A DNA stretch of 54,750 nucleotides from a virus (taxonomy: Duplodnaviria > Caudoviricetes), in the IMG/VR virus record IMGVR_UViG_3300044695_003103, positions 1 to 54,750 of that record. The stretch is one strand, 5' to 3'. Below, piece by piece: positions 17,474-27,161 of the stretch. Positions within the stretch are counted from its first letter, which is position 1, and every line of letters starts with the position of its first letter. The position numbers and the translations under genes are program-made. The notes below the pieces were generated by a model. It saw only the letters and a program-made list of their open reading frames with translations. It had not been told where the DNA came from and searched no databases.

Positions 17474-17710
17474 TTATTCGTTTAATGAAAGCATAGTCAA
17501 AAACAATGGCCATGTTTTCTCTTCGAAGTTGTTAAGGTTTCTTAGTTGTGTAAGCATCATTCTCTTCACAACGCATAGCGACCACCCCTTTTCTTCTACC
17601 GCAATCTTCAGTACGTTTAGTAGTCGCTGATCCGCTTCCTCCTCTGTTTTTGGAAGATATTTAGCGAGGTCTTTTTCGTACGACAGCATAAGCAAATATA
17701 AAAAAATCAA
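17474..17710 (-). CDS. hypothetical protein
   Basis: ORF abutting the PAS-HisKA gene. Confidence 0.45.
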   Translation of the reverse strand: MIFLYLLMLSYEKDLAKYLPKTEEEADQRLLNVLKIAVEEKGWSLCVVKRMMLTQLRNLNNFEEKTWPLFLTMLSLNE

Positions 17711-17711
17711 T

Positions 17712-18284
17712 TTACAATTTACGATTAGCCATTTTGTTGATTTTGCTTATAACATAATCTACTTTCTCAAGGCTATCTTTCTGCATTTGAATCAAGCTTT
17801 CCATCTCAGAATCTTCATCTTTAGATTTTATATGGTTTTCGATTATATTGTTGATGCCCAGTATAGACATCAATGGCTGGCGTAGTTCGTGTTCTTGTAC
17901 GAACTTAATTTCTTCCAATAGTTCTTTCTGCCTCTCATACTCATACGATACAACAGATACAACATCAAGTATGTCGTGTCCACAGAAATGTAGTTTATTG
18001 TTCATACAGAATACTTCCCATATAAACCATCTCAATGCTCCGTTCTTCTGCTTTGTTTTAGCATGGAATGAACGTGGATCAGGAAACCTTTCTTTGGCTT
18101 TATCAATAGCTGTTTTTACTTCGGGAAAATCAGACTCATCTGTAATGATGTCAAGAAAGTTGTCCGGTCTGATATGAGAAAGAGATGTTTCGAAGTGGTC
18201 GTTCTGATAAGAAATTTCACCATCTAAATCAGTGATTGCGTATAAGTTCAGTAGTGAATTTTGCAGTATATACTTAACCGACAT
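17712..18284 (-). CDS. PAS domain plus HisKA (DHp) protein lacking HATPase
   Basis: ITDLDGEISYQN, KNGALRW, CGHDI (PAS/PAC); QEHELRQPLMSILG H-box; ends after DHp helices. Confidence 0.75.
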   Translation of the reverse strand: MSVKYILQNSLLNLYAITDLDGEISYQNDHFETSLSHIRPDNFLDIITDESDFPEVKTAIDKAKERFPDPRSFHAKTKQKNGALRWFIWEVFCMNNKLHFCGHDILDVVSVVSYEYERQKELLEEIKFVQEHELRQPLMSILGINNIIENHIKSKDEDSEMESLIQMQKDSLEKVDYVISKINKMANRKL

Positions 18285-18321
18285 CTCATTTTTTTCTTAC
18301 TCCAAAAATAATAATTTAAAA

Positions 18322-18783
18322 TTAAATAACGAGATATTGAATTGTAGCAACGAACACGCTAACATCGCTTATCCCTGTATTCCCTTCCACCTCAACTGCA
18401 CATTTATTGCTTGCAGTATCGGCAGAAATAATATAGTAAGTCATGTTATTAATTGAGTTGGTCATTAAATTGGCAGTACCATAGCAATCCCTCGCTGTTT
18501 CGAATGTAGATGCAACTGGAAGATCAACATTGAATTGACCAACACCTCCAGCAATGTCCAAAGCTATGCTCATGTAAATCGTCATTGTCACAACATTATT
18601 AACCCGACTATAAATACCACGCAATGGTGTTACATCGCAATCCACTCGGTCAGAGATTACAGGCGTAAATGCCCCACTCTCCAACATCGACATAGGACTA
18701 ATACCTTCCTCCAATTCAATGAATGAGTTAGAAACCTTTGAAACCTTTAAGAAAACATCAGGTGCTGGTCGTAAAATTTTCAT
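18322..18783 (-). CDS. beta-rich protein resembling tail-fibre C-terminal domain
   Basis: FTPV...GIYSRVNNVVTM...DLPVAS pattern. Confidence 0.45.
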   Translation of the reverse strand: MKILRPAPDVFLKVSKVSNSFIELEEGISPMSMLESGAFTPVISDRVDCDVTPLRGIYSRVNNVVTMTIYMSIALDIAGGVGQFNVDLPVASTFETARDCYGTANLMTNSINNMTYYIISADTASNKCAVEVEGNTGISDVSVFVATIQYLVI

Positions 18784-18811
18784 CGTACCTTTTTTTTGTA
18801 AAGATACAAAA

Positions 18812-19219
18812 TTACGCTATGTTTCTGAGGTCACTAATCAACGACTTCCATGCCGGCACACATCCAAGTGCATACTTAATGGTTAGCAACAAGGTAAATG
18901 TCAGCACTATGCCATTTGCGAGTATATCATAGTTCATAGGCGATTCTGTTTCTTCTTTTCTTACGGGTAAAGGCTTGGGTACGTAATACGTGCCTACCGT
19001 AAACAAAGATACATCACAAGGCTGAATTGTGTCGAATGCGGTTAAAACTTTTAAGGGCTTTGGATGCACGTAGCTTCCACTCATTACAGCCTCAAAGGAT
19101 TCCTTGTTCGCTATAATAAGCTGGCTATCCAAATCAACCTTTGGATGATATGCCATCGTATCAAGATTAATCTTGTTACGCCTAACAGTCTTTATTGTAT
19201 CTCGCCTAATCTGCTGCAT
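18812..19219 (-). CDS. C-terminally anchored membrane protein (lysis region)
   Basis: C-terminal TM ILANGIVLTFTLLLTI. Confidence 0.55.
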   Translation of the reverse strand: MQQIRRDTIKTVRRNKINLDTMAYHPKVDLDSQLIIANKESFEAVMSGSYVHPKPLKVLTAFDTIQPCDVSLFTVGTYYVPKPLPVRKEETESPMNYDILANGIVLTFTLLLTIKYALGCVPAWKSLISDLRNIA

Positions 19220-19409
19220 CGCTCTTTGCCTTTGGTATGTATCCTGCTGCGATTAGTGCAGCAATGATGGCTGTTAATGTTTCTGCGGTTATCACTTTGA
19301 ATATGAGTAAGAATATAGATGCTAAAATCATGAGCGAGCCTATTGTTGAACGCCAATGCTTGACGATTACATCAAGTACTTTACGTGATTTAGTAACCCT
19401 TCTCCTCAT
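19206..19409 (-). CDS. holin
   Basis: 67 aa, basic N-terminus, WRSTIG, two TM segments, next to lysozyme. Confidence 0.7.
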   Translation of the reverse strand: MRRRVTKSRKVLDVIVKHWRSTIGSLMILASIFLLIFKVITAETLTAIIAALIAAGYIPKAKSDAAD

Positions 19410-19458
19410 AGGCTAATTTACGTTTAGCCTTCATTTGCGTTTGTACGAAATGACTGTA

Positions 19459-19914
19459 TTAGTTACAAGGTGAGAAATAGAGTTTCGCCTCTTCTCTTCG
19501 TCTGTTTGTGAGTCCTGTCAAAACCTTGCCACCTGCCTTGTTCCATCTCAAAAACTCATCATATATTGATGGGTCGTTAGGGTTTGCCTTAGCTTTCTTT
19601 AACAGCGTAGACTTGATAAAAGCACTTGTTCCTACATTGTAACAGAAAGAAACCAACGCATCAAATTGGCATTGGTTAAGATTGGGTAGGTGCTTGTTTA
19701 CCGCAGCTTCGAACGATTCAAGTGTACCTAATAGCAGTTGAACAGCCTCCTTTTCACTCGATAGTTTCTCTCCGAGGATGACCTTCTTTCCGTTCGGATA
19801 GCGAGTGCTTCCGTACCCAATCGTAGGCACACCTGCACTGCACAGGTAACTGGATAGTCTTAGTCCCTCGAAGCCTTTGATTAGGTTTATGCCTGTTATG
19901 GATGTGGAGCGCAT
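19459..19914 (-). CDS. GH24 lysozyme (endolysin)
   Basis: FEGLRL..Y.CSAGVPTIGYG, QFDALVSF.YNVG, GLTNRRREE. Confidence 0.95.
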   Translation of the reverse strand: MRSTSITGINLIKGFEGLRLSSYLCSAGVPTIGYGSTRYPNGKKVILGEKLSSEKEAVQLLLGTLESFEAAVNKHLPNLNQCQFDALVSFCYNVGTSAFIKSTLLKKAKANPNDPSIYDEFLRWNKAGGKVLTGLTNRRREEAKLYFSPCN

Positions 19915-19925
19915 ATGCAAAGATA

Positions 19926-21551
19926 CTAATTAAGAAATGTGTATGCAAAAGTACCTGGAGGTGAGCCTGGATTCCAGTTAAGAGTTTCTGCTCCAACAGG
20001 AGTTGTGCTAATTAAACCTCCAAATGTCCATACAGTTTGACCTTGTGAAGAATCTATCCTTGTTCCATTGACATATATCAATGATTGAGATGCCCCTTGG
20101 TCTAATGTCCATATAGCCCTTGTTGATGCCCCTGATGAAATTATTGTAGTTCTTGCAGCACCGCTTACACCACCTGTAATAAATGCTTGTAGCCTTGTTC
20201 TGTATGTAACAGCTTGCTGTAGTGTTACAGTAAATGTACCTGCTGCCGTAGAGATTAAGTTTGCACAAACCCATCCAGCAGTTCCTGCAAATGTTGCAGA
20301 GCCATTCAGAGTTAGGTTATTATTTATTGTATTTAATACGTTTTGGGTTACAGTATGACCTGTTGTTACAGTAAGATTATTTAATGTCATATTATTTATA
20401 ATACAACTTGAATTAGTAGTAATAGTAAAAGCACCTGGATTTACAATACCAGCAGTTAATTGAAGAATACTATTTGAAGAAGTGGCATCACCAAAAAAAA
20501 AATTTGAGAGAAACGTAACTGTTGCTCCTGCTGATTTATTTATTATCAAATTTGTTCCTATAAGAGGAGGAGAAGCAGTTGTTTGAACTGTTGAAGATGT
20601 TGGACCATCTAATTCAAGAGTAGTCTTTGTTAAAGATGGATTAAATATAAATCCAAAACTTGATAAATTTCCTGCAATAAAAATAGTAAATCCACCTGCA
20701 AATGTGACATTAACATTGTTTGTGTAATTATTAGTTACTGTAAGATTTGATAATAAGGTCACTGTTCCAGACTGAAATCCTGTTAGATTAAAAAAGTTAA
20801 TCTTAGAACCTCCTGTTGATGTCCTATCTGTAAGATGGCTTGAGCCACCTGCCATAATATAGGTATGTCCAGGATTAACTATAACACTTCCAGTTATATA
20901 ATTAAGTGTTATAGGTCTCAAACTGGTTGTTAATGTTATAACACCAGATGTATTTATGATAATAAGCATACCAAAATTTCCATTAAGTGTTCCTGTTCCA
21001 TTTAAAACATAGGTTGCAGTAGAACTTGGACTCGCAGAAACACCACCTGCATTAGTAAGACTTCCTCCAATTGTAATAGTAGCAGTTCCAGCAACAGGAG
21101 CAAATCCACCAAATGAAAAATTTCCTAAAATTGTCCAATTGTCTGCCCATGACATTCCTGTTGCATTTATATCAAAAGTAACATTACCAGGCCATACTAC
21201 TCCATTGGATGTCATAGTCATTGTTCCAGCCGCATTAGTATTTCTGATAAATGTACCATTACCAGTAACAGTCATTCCTGCCCCAAGTCTAAAAATACCA
21301 GTTCCAACATTAATACTATTACTATTTAATGACCATGTTTTAGCTCCATAAGTATTTGCATCAAAAGATAAACAAGTTCCATTCCCATTTAAGTTGCAGT
21401 TTGGACTTGAAGCATCGAATATAACATCATCAGCACTTGTAGGTACAGAAGCTCCACCTGCTCCACCTGGAGCTGTACTCCAATTAGATTGCGCACCAGT
21501 TTGAGTCCAGTTATTATTTAATCCTCCATTTACAAAATATCTTAGCGCCAT
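19926..21551 (-). CDS. beta-helical tail adhesin/spike, paralog B
   Basis: NWS...VPTSADDVIFD N-terminus, G/T/N-rich. Confidence 0.65.
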   Translation of the reverse strand: MALRYFVNGGLNNNWTQTGAQSNWSTAPGGAGGASVPTSADDVIFDASSPNCNLNGNGTCLSFDANTYGAKTWSLNSNSINVGTGIFRLGAGMTVTGNGTFIRNTNAAGTMTMTSNGVVWPGNVTFDINATGMSWADNWTILGNFSFGGFAPVAGTATITIGGSLTNAGGVSASPSSTATYVLNGTGTLNGNFGMLIIINTSGVITLTTSLRPITLNYITGSVIVNPGHTYIMAGGSSHLTDRTSTGGSKINFFNLTGFQSGTVTLLSNLTVTNNYTNNVNVTFAGGFTIFIAGNLSSFGFIFNPSLTKTTLELDGPTSSTVQTTASPPLIGTNLIINKSAGATVTFLSNFFFGDATSSNSILQLTAGIVNPGAFTITTNSSCIINNMTLNNLTVTTGHTVTQNVLNTINNNLTLNGSATFAGTAGWVCANLISTAAGTFTVTLQQAVTYRTRLQAFITGGVSGAARTTIISSGASTRAIWTLDQGASQSLIYVNGTRIDSSQGQTVWTFGGLISTTPVGAETLNWNPGSPPGTFAYTFLN

Positions 21552-21554
21552 ATC

Positions 21555-23165
21555 TTAATTAACAAATGTTATCCCCTGTGTTTCAGGTTTTGTTCCTGGA
21601 TTCCAATTCCGTGTTGAAGGGTCAATACCATTAGTTGTTCCTTGAAAACTCCATATTGTTTGACCAAAATCACTATCTATTGCTGTTGCACTTACATATA
21701 CCATAGATTGAGTTGCACCATTAACTAAAGTCCAAATAGCCAAGTCATAAGGTATTGTTAAATCACTTGACCTCATAAGTATTCTTTGAGCATTACTACC
21801 TAACATATTCACAGATGTAGTTGTGGTATATGTAATTAGGCTTTGTAGTGTTATTGTTCTACCTGCTGTTGAGCATATTAAATTTGCACAAGTCCAACCT
21901 GCTGTTCCTGCAAATACAACACTTCCCAAAGCTCCAAAAGTTAGATTACTCTGTATTGTATTAAGTACATTTTGGGTTATAGTTGGTAAATTAACAGGAC
22001 CGCAAGGAATAGTTAAGTTCCAAAATGTCATGTCATTAATTGTAACAGAAGAAGCATCTGCAAGTGTTATTGTTGATGTGCCTGGATTTATATTACCTGA
22101 TGTTCTTTGTAGTGTCCTGCCTGTTCCACCCCATGTAAAAGAGTTTAATGTAAGAGTAGCAATACCTGTTTTATTAATAGTTAAATTATTTTGAATACTA
22201 TTAATGGTAATAGAGGCGTTTGTAGAACCTTCCATTTGTATTGTTGCAGTACCACCTAATGTATTACCTGCTCCTGAAATATTTCCATAAAGAAATACTG
22301 TTCTTCCTACTCCATTAAAATTTCCAGGACCAGCACTAAAAGTCAAATTAGTGGTAATATATATATCTGAGTTTAGAGTTACAGATTGACCTCCGAGATT
22401 AACATTCCAATCAAATGCAAAAAAAGCTCTACTAATATTCCCCCAATTATTAAATACAGAAGTATTGGCTCCACAGGCTAATGTAGCTGTTGAATTGAAT
22501 GTACCATTTATATATGTAAAAATTATCCCGTTAAGTGAGAATGTTCCATTATGAGATATTGTACCTGCTGTATCAATTTCAATAGAACCACCACCTCCAC
22601 TTCCTGCACCTCCTGATAAATTTCCAGTGCCAGTCATTCTTATAGTTATGTTAGTAATAGTCAAACCACCAGTAAAGCTTCCCTGAACAGTTATAGTTCT
22701 AACTCCACCACTTCCTGTAATTGTATATGTATTTCCTCCTGTTCTTGATAGAGAGCCTACAATAGTCCAATTATCTGCGAAATTAGAACCAAAGCTAAAT
22801 GAACTTGGCGTAAATGTTATTCCTCCTGTATATGTCTTTCCATTCGATGTCCAAGTTCCTCCATTACCAGTTTTTATAATATTACCAGTTCCTGTAATAG
22901 TCATAGTACTTGAAAAGGTAAGACTACCTAAAACAGTCCAATTTGTAGCAGCATTTAATGTTCCTGTAAATAAAGCAAAATTAGCAGATAAACAAGTAGC
23001 ACCAGCTGTTGTTGTAACAGTTCCACTACCAGAACCTGCATCAAAAAACACATCATCTGCTGCTGTAGGAACACTAGTAGGATTTACTACTCCAGAACTT
23101 AATGACCAGTTAGCAGCAGTACTCCAATTGTTTCCAGTCCCTCCTATCCAATATTTATTAGGCAT
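21555..23165 (-). CDS. beta-helical tail adhesin/spike, paralog A
   Basis: NWS...VPTAADDVFFD N-terminus; C-terminus shared with paralog B. Confidence 0.65.
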   Translation of the reverse strand: MPNKYWIGGTGNNWSTAANWSLSSGVVNPTSVPTAADDVFFDAGSGSGTVTTTAGATCLSANFALFTGTLNAATNWTVLGSLTFSSTMTITGTGNIIKTGNGGTWTSNGKTYTGGITFTPSSFSFGSNFADNWTIVGSLSRTGGNTYTITGSGGVRTITVQGSFTGGLTITNITIRMTGTGNLSGGAGSGGGGSIEIDTAGTISHNGTFSLNGIIFTYINGTFNSTATLACGANTSVFNNWGNISRAFFAFDWNVNLGGQSVTLNSDIYITTNLTFSAGPGNFNGVGRTVFLYGNISGAGNTLGGTATIQMEGSTNASITINSIQNNLTINKTGIATLTLNSFTWGGTGRTLQRTSGNINPGTSTITLADASSVTINDMTFWNLTIPCGPVNLPTITQNVLNTIQSNLTFGALGSVVFAGTAGWTCANLICSTAGRTITLQSLITYTTTTSVNMLGSNAQRILMRSSDLTIPYDLAIWTLVNGATQSMVYVSATAIDSDFGQTIWSFQGTTNGIDPSTRNWNPGTKPETQGITFVN

Positions 23166-23407
23166 TACTCAATAGGCTTTTCCTCGTTAATAGGAAGTGA
23201 TGGTATTAGGTTAGCAATCTCTTGTTCTGCTTGTAGCCTTGCCACTTCAGAAGATGCTCTGTTGATGATGTTCTGCTCAATCTCCTCTTGAGATTTAGGC
23301 ATGAAATGAGGCACTTCTGTGGTAACAATAGTACCATCTAAGTTATACTCTACTGTAGTAATAAGAGTAATATCTGCCTGTCTTGAAGAAAGTATTTTAT
23401 ACGTCAT
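23165..23407 (-). CDS. small tail-fibre-associated protein/chaperone
   Basis: 80 aa, translationally coupled between fibre genes. Confidence 0.45.
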   Translation of the reverse strand: MTYKILSSRQADITLITTVEYNLDGTIVTTEVPHFMPKSQEEIEQNIINRASSEVARLQAEQEIANLIPSLPINEEKPIE

Positions 23408-25692
23408 GTTTTATTGATTGTCAATGTTAAGTTCACCCAACTAACTGTAAGCACACCTGATATAGTGAATCCTATGTAATCTCCTGCTGTGACTGCTACA
23501 GATAATCCAGTTGCATTTAGTTTATTTACGCCCGATAAAGCAGGTTGTGTAACAAATATGTTATCTGTTGGTGATGTAGGTGGGTAGTTGGCATAAGTAT
23601 CTTTAAACACAGTTACAGTACAATTTCCTGCCACATTAGCAACCAATGTCCATCCTGTTATTGTACCTGCATATGGCACTTGCACATAAGCAGTTTTACC
23701 ATTGCTGATTGTTCCTCCTTGACCATCAAATGTAACACCGCATGATCCTGTTTTTAATGAGGCAGGGGCAATGTCTATGACGTTCTTGTTCTTCCATAGA
23801 TTTGGTGTTCCTGTTTGGTATGATAATACTTGATTATTAGTGGGCAAGCTTGTAATCAAGTCTACGTCATGAAGCTCATTCAACTCATACCCATTCTGAG
23901 GCTTGACATATATCTGACCATTACCTGCATTAGCCCTTTCTACAATCCCTATATATACAAGATGGTTTGGAGCGTATGGCTTTGTTGATGTCAGTGTACC
24001 AGCCGTTGCTCCAAGATATAATTGCGCACCTGGACTATATGCTGCTGTGTTTACGCCCGATATAACTCCTTGCGTAATTATAAATCCCTTTTGATTTGGA
24101 GCTATACTTGAACTAAAAACAACGCCTACAGTCTGTGCGGAGGTGCTATCTGATGTATTGTTAGCCAACTTAACACTCATCCTATTCCCTGCTGCACCAA
24201 AGGCATATACAGGTTGTCCTTTATTAATGGTTACTGAATCATCGTTTGTAACATATGCAAACAATTGATTCGGAGCAACCCCTAAAGTTTGGAAGTGAGT
24301 GCCATCATAAATGATGATTAATTCTTGACCAGAAACAATATCTCCACCTGTTACCCTTATATTAGCCTGTTTTTCAAGATTCTTAGCACCAAGACCATTT
24401 ATATTTATAGATGAATCATCATCATTTCCATTAGTGAACTTAATTACATAAGTATCGCCATCTGTATATGATGTAACGCCTGTTATTGTTACGGCATATG
24501 TATTCGTTCCTGATGCTGTGCCTGACTTCAATCCACCACCTGTAGCATTTAATGTAGTGCCTGAAAGAGATAGATTAGTTCCTAACGTAATCTCCTCCAT
24601 AACCCCTACACCTGCCGTACCTCTACCAATTAGCTTATTGGTATTCATAGATGTAGAGATATCAGGTGTGGCTCCTCCCGATGAAGTTAATGGAGCTGTT
24701 GCAGTTACAGATGTAACGCCTCCACCTCCACCTGCTCCAACAAACAGCCTTCCTGTGTTATCTACGTTCAATACACCTACGGAAGAACCCGATGAGCCTT
24801 GAAATGCTGTAGCGGTATTATACAGATTAAGCTGCAATTGACCGCTATTTAGCATCCTCAATATCTCAGTAGATGATGCATTCGATATAATCATCGGAAT
24901 AGCACCCGAACTCGTAGACTGAATGAAGATACCAGTCCCGTTTGTTCCAGCAGCGATAATGTATGCGCTTATTGCTCCACTTGCTTCGAATCGTACTAAC
25001 TTATCTGTTGGAGAATATGTACCTGTAGTAGCCGTAAACTTAACCTTACCAGAGCCTCCTAATGGACCATTAGAATCAAACTGAAGATCGTGTGCCGAAT
25101 TAGATGGTCCAACATCTATGAACGTACTTTTTATTATACTGCCCCCTAATTCGAAGTTGGTTGGATTCCCAGACTCTGGCTGTACACCATTATTTGCAGT
25201 GTATGTTGGTATACTTATAGTCCAAGTCCTGTTCGCACTTAAATTCTGTGTAAGTCCGTTTATGGTTATTGTACGAGTGTTTGGTACGTAATTCAATAAA
25301 GCAGTAGCTATCTGAGATGCTATATAGGAAACCAAATCCGTTTGATTGGTTATAGTTCCGGTAATAAAACCCCAAACAGAACTTCCTCCACCACCACCTG
25401 GAATAGTTACATCTACACCATTTCCGTTCTGCGTAACATTTACACCTGCTCCTATAAAGTTTAAGAACTGAGCAGTAGTATCTATTATAACTCCCTCGTC
25501 CTGTACCTCAATAGTTGAACCACCTGAAATGATATTTAATTGGTCCTGTATCTGCCGTAAAAGCTGAGGCCAAGTAATAACTAAAGGCTTTGATAAATTG
25601 CTGTTCTGAACTACGATGAAAGTATGCTGACTGCCTAAAGCAATCCTAATGAAATCAGTAGTTTCTAATCCAGGACCAAGCGATTTTATCAT
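23404..25692 (-). CDS. modular tail fibre protein
   Basis: Gly linkers, WGFITGTITNQTDL, GVTSVTATAPL, ELNELHDV fibre motifs. Confidence 0.75.
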   Translation of the reverse strand: MIKSLGPGLETTDFIRIALGSQHTFIVVQNSNLSKPLVITWPQLLRQIQDQLNIISGGSTIEVQDEGVIIDTTAQFLNFIGAGVNVTQNGNGVDVTIPGGGGGSSVWGFITGTITNQTDLVSYIASQIATALLNYVPNTRTITINGLTQNLSANRTWTISIPTYTANNGVQPESGNPTNFELGGSIIKSTFIDVGPSNSAHDLQFDSNGPLGGSGKVKFTATTGTYSPTDKLVRFEASGAISAYIIAAGTNGTGIFIQSTSSGAIPMIISNASSTEILRMLNSGQLQLNLYNTATAFQGSSGSSVGVLNVDNTGRLFVGAGGGGGVTSVTATAPLTSSGGATPDISTSMNTNKLIGRGTAGVGVMEEITLGTNLSLSGTTLNATGGGLKSGTASGTNTYAVTITGVTSYTDGDTYVIKFTNGNDDDSSININGLGAKNLEKQANIRVTGGDIVSGQELIIIYDGTHFQTLGVAPNQLFAYVTNDDSVTINKGQPVYAFGAAGNRMSVKLANNTSDSTSAQTVGVVFSSSIAPNQKGFIITQGVISGVNTAAYSPGAQLYLGATAGTLTSTKPYAPNHLVYIGIVERANAGNGQIYVKPQNGYELNELHDVDLITSLPTNNQVLSYQTGTPNLWKNKNVIDIAPASLKTGSCGVTFDGQGGTISNGKTAYVQVPYAGTITGWTLVANVAGNCTVTVFKDTYANYPPTSPTDNIFVTQPALSGVNKLNATGLSVAVTAGDYIGFTISGVLTVSWVNLTLTINKT

Positions 25693-25988
25693 TAACCATT
25701 AAGTGTTGTAGAATCAAGCTGTGAAATAGGCTCTGTGAAGAACGATAGATTATTAGTTAACCAACTACAAATAGATATGATATCATTCTCTGTCGCTGCT
25801 GTATACGATAACTCATCTGCTGAATAGTAAAGCACTATGTCAATCATATAACGAGCAATGAACAATAGCCGAGTCTCATCAGATACGTTTTCACCATTGT
25901 CACGCAGACAACACATCTTGTCGTTCTGAATCCTTAATGCATCATAAGCAATAAGGGCAAAAGATTGGTATTGTCCGAGTGATGCCAT
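25692..25988 (-). CDS. small tail hub/structural protein
   Basis: coupled ORF in tail module. Confidence 0.45.
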   Translation of the reverse strand: MASLGQYQSFALIAYDALRIQNDKMCCLRDNGENVSDETRLLFIARYMIDIVLYYSADELSYTAATENDIISICSWLTNNLSFFTEPISQLDSTTLNG

Positions 25989-27160
25989 TACAAATTCAAC
26001 GTAGTAGAGATTGTGTAGATAACAATTGAACTATTTCCTGTAGTTGGATTACCGACATTTGTTTTATATACAAGCGGATAATTAGCAGCTAATAATCTTT
26101 CTACGGAAGAATTGTAGTTAGTTGGATACACAACATCAACTCCTGATGATGTAAAACCAAGCATACCTGTTTTTCCTGCATATTTATTTGTTATACCAGG
26201 AGCTGAGTACTCAAATACACCATCAAGATTTGCAGCATAAGTTGTTGATCCGTAAACGTATCGAACAACAAACAATAACGGAACCTCAACAATAGATACA
26301 GAGCCTGAAGCAGCTATCAAAGTAATCGGAGTTGTATTCGAAGTAAGCAACTGACCTGATGCAATCGTGGTTGTAGTTACGTTTATTCCCTTAAACGTGG
26401 AAGGAAGATTCGCAGCACTTAAAAACGAAGCAACAAAAGAATTTGTAGCAAAGTCATAGCTAACCAACTTTCCATTATCACCCGAACCAAGTCCTGTAGT
26501 GAGTAGTTTCGCTAAAGGAATATTGCGATTAACATATGTTGCTACGTATGTTGAAGTAGCTGCATTAAATTCTGCGTATACTTCAGCACCGCCAATTAAA
26601 CAATCGTAAGAAGAAATGCTTTGTCCAAATATCGTAACGGTGTTCGCACCAATTGTAATACCACCTGCTAAAACAACACGCACCGCAGAACCATCTGTTA
26701 CTCCTGATGTATTACCTGCTACTGTATAGTTTGAAGATAATGTCGTAGTTCCTTGAAGCAAATATGTTTTCTTATCTGAACCTGGGTCAATAATCAACGT
26801 ACCTCCTGCGTTTGGAACAGTAATGGTTGTTACACCATAGTTCTCTTGTGGTCTTGATGTAAAGTCAGGGAAGTATTGCAAAGTATATCCCGAACCGGTA
26901 TAAACCAATTCAAAAGTACCTGCTTGATTTACTTGGTCCTGAACAAGACCAATACCTGCTATCGTAACTGAATATGAATTCAGATTTACCGAAGCATCCC
27001 AACGGAATGTCATTGGTGTATCAACGGCAGGATTTGTTATTACTATCGAGAATGATGCAGAAAGAGTAACTGTTCCCGATGTTCTTATGATGTAGGAAGA
27101 GTTTGATAATATCGAAAGCGTACCTCCCGAAGATGTTAGATTGTATACCGGTAGTGCCAT
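25988..27160 (-). CDS. virion structural protein (beta-rich, internal duplication)
   Basis: repeated GGTL.I....Y...GT.TLS..F/Y.. unit. Confidence 0.55.
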   Translation of the reverse strand: MALPVYNLTSSGGTLSILSNSSYIIRTSGTVTLSASFSIVITNPAVDTPMTFRWDASVNLNSYSVTIAGIGLVQDQVNQAGTFELVYTGSGYTLQYFPDFTSRPQENYGVTTITVPNAGGTLIIDPGSDKKTYLLQGTTTLSSNYTVAGNTSGVTDGSAVRVVLAGGITIGANTVTIFGQSISSYDCLIGGAEVYAEFNAATSTYVATYVNRNIPLAKLLTTGLGSGDNGKLVSYDFATNSFVASFLSAANLPSTFKGINVTTTTIASGQLLTSNTTPITLIAASGSVSIVEVPLLFVVRYVYGSTTYAANLDGVFEYSAPGITNKYAGKTGMLGFTSSGVDVVYPTNYNSSVERLLAANYPLVYKTNVGNPTTGNSSIVIYTISTTLNL

Positions 27161-27161
27161 G

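Noticed and set aside
19926-25692. Diversity-generating retroelement acting on tail genes
   Set aside because: No reverse transcriptase seen, and differences between paralogs are not adenine-specific.
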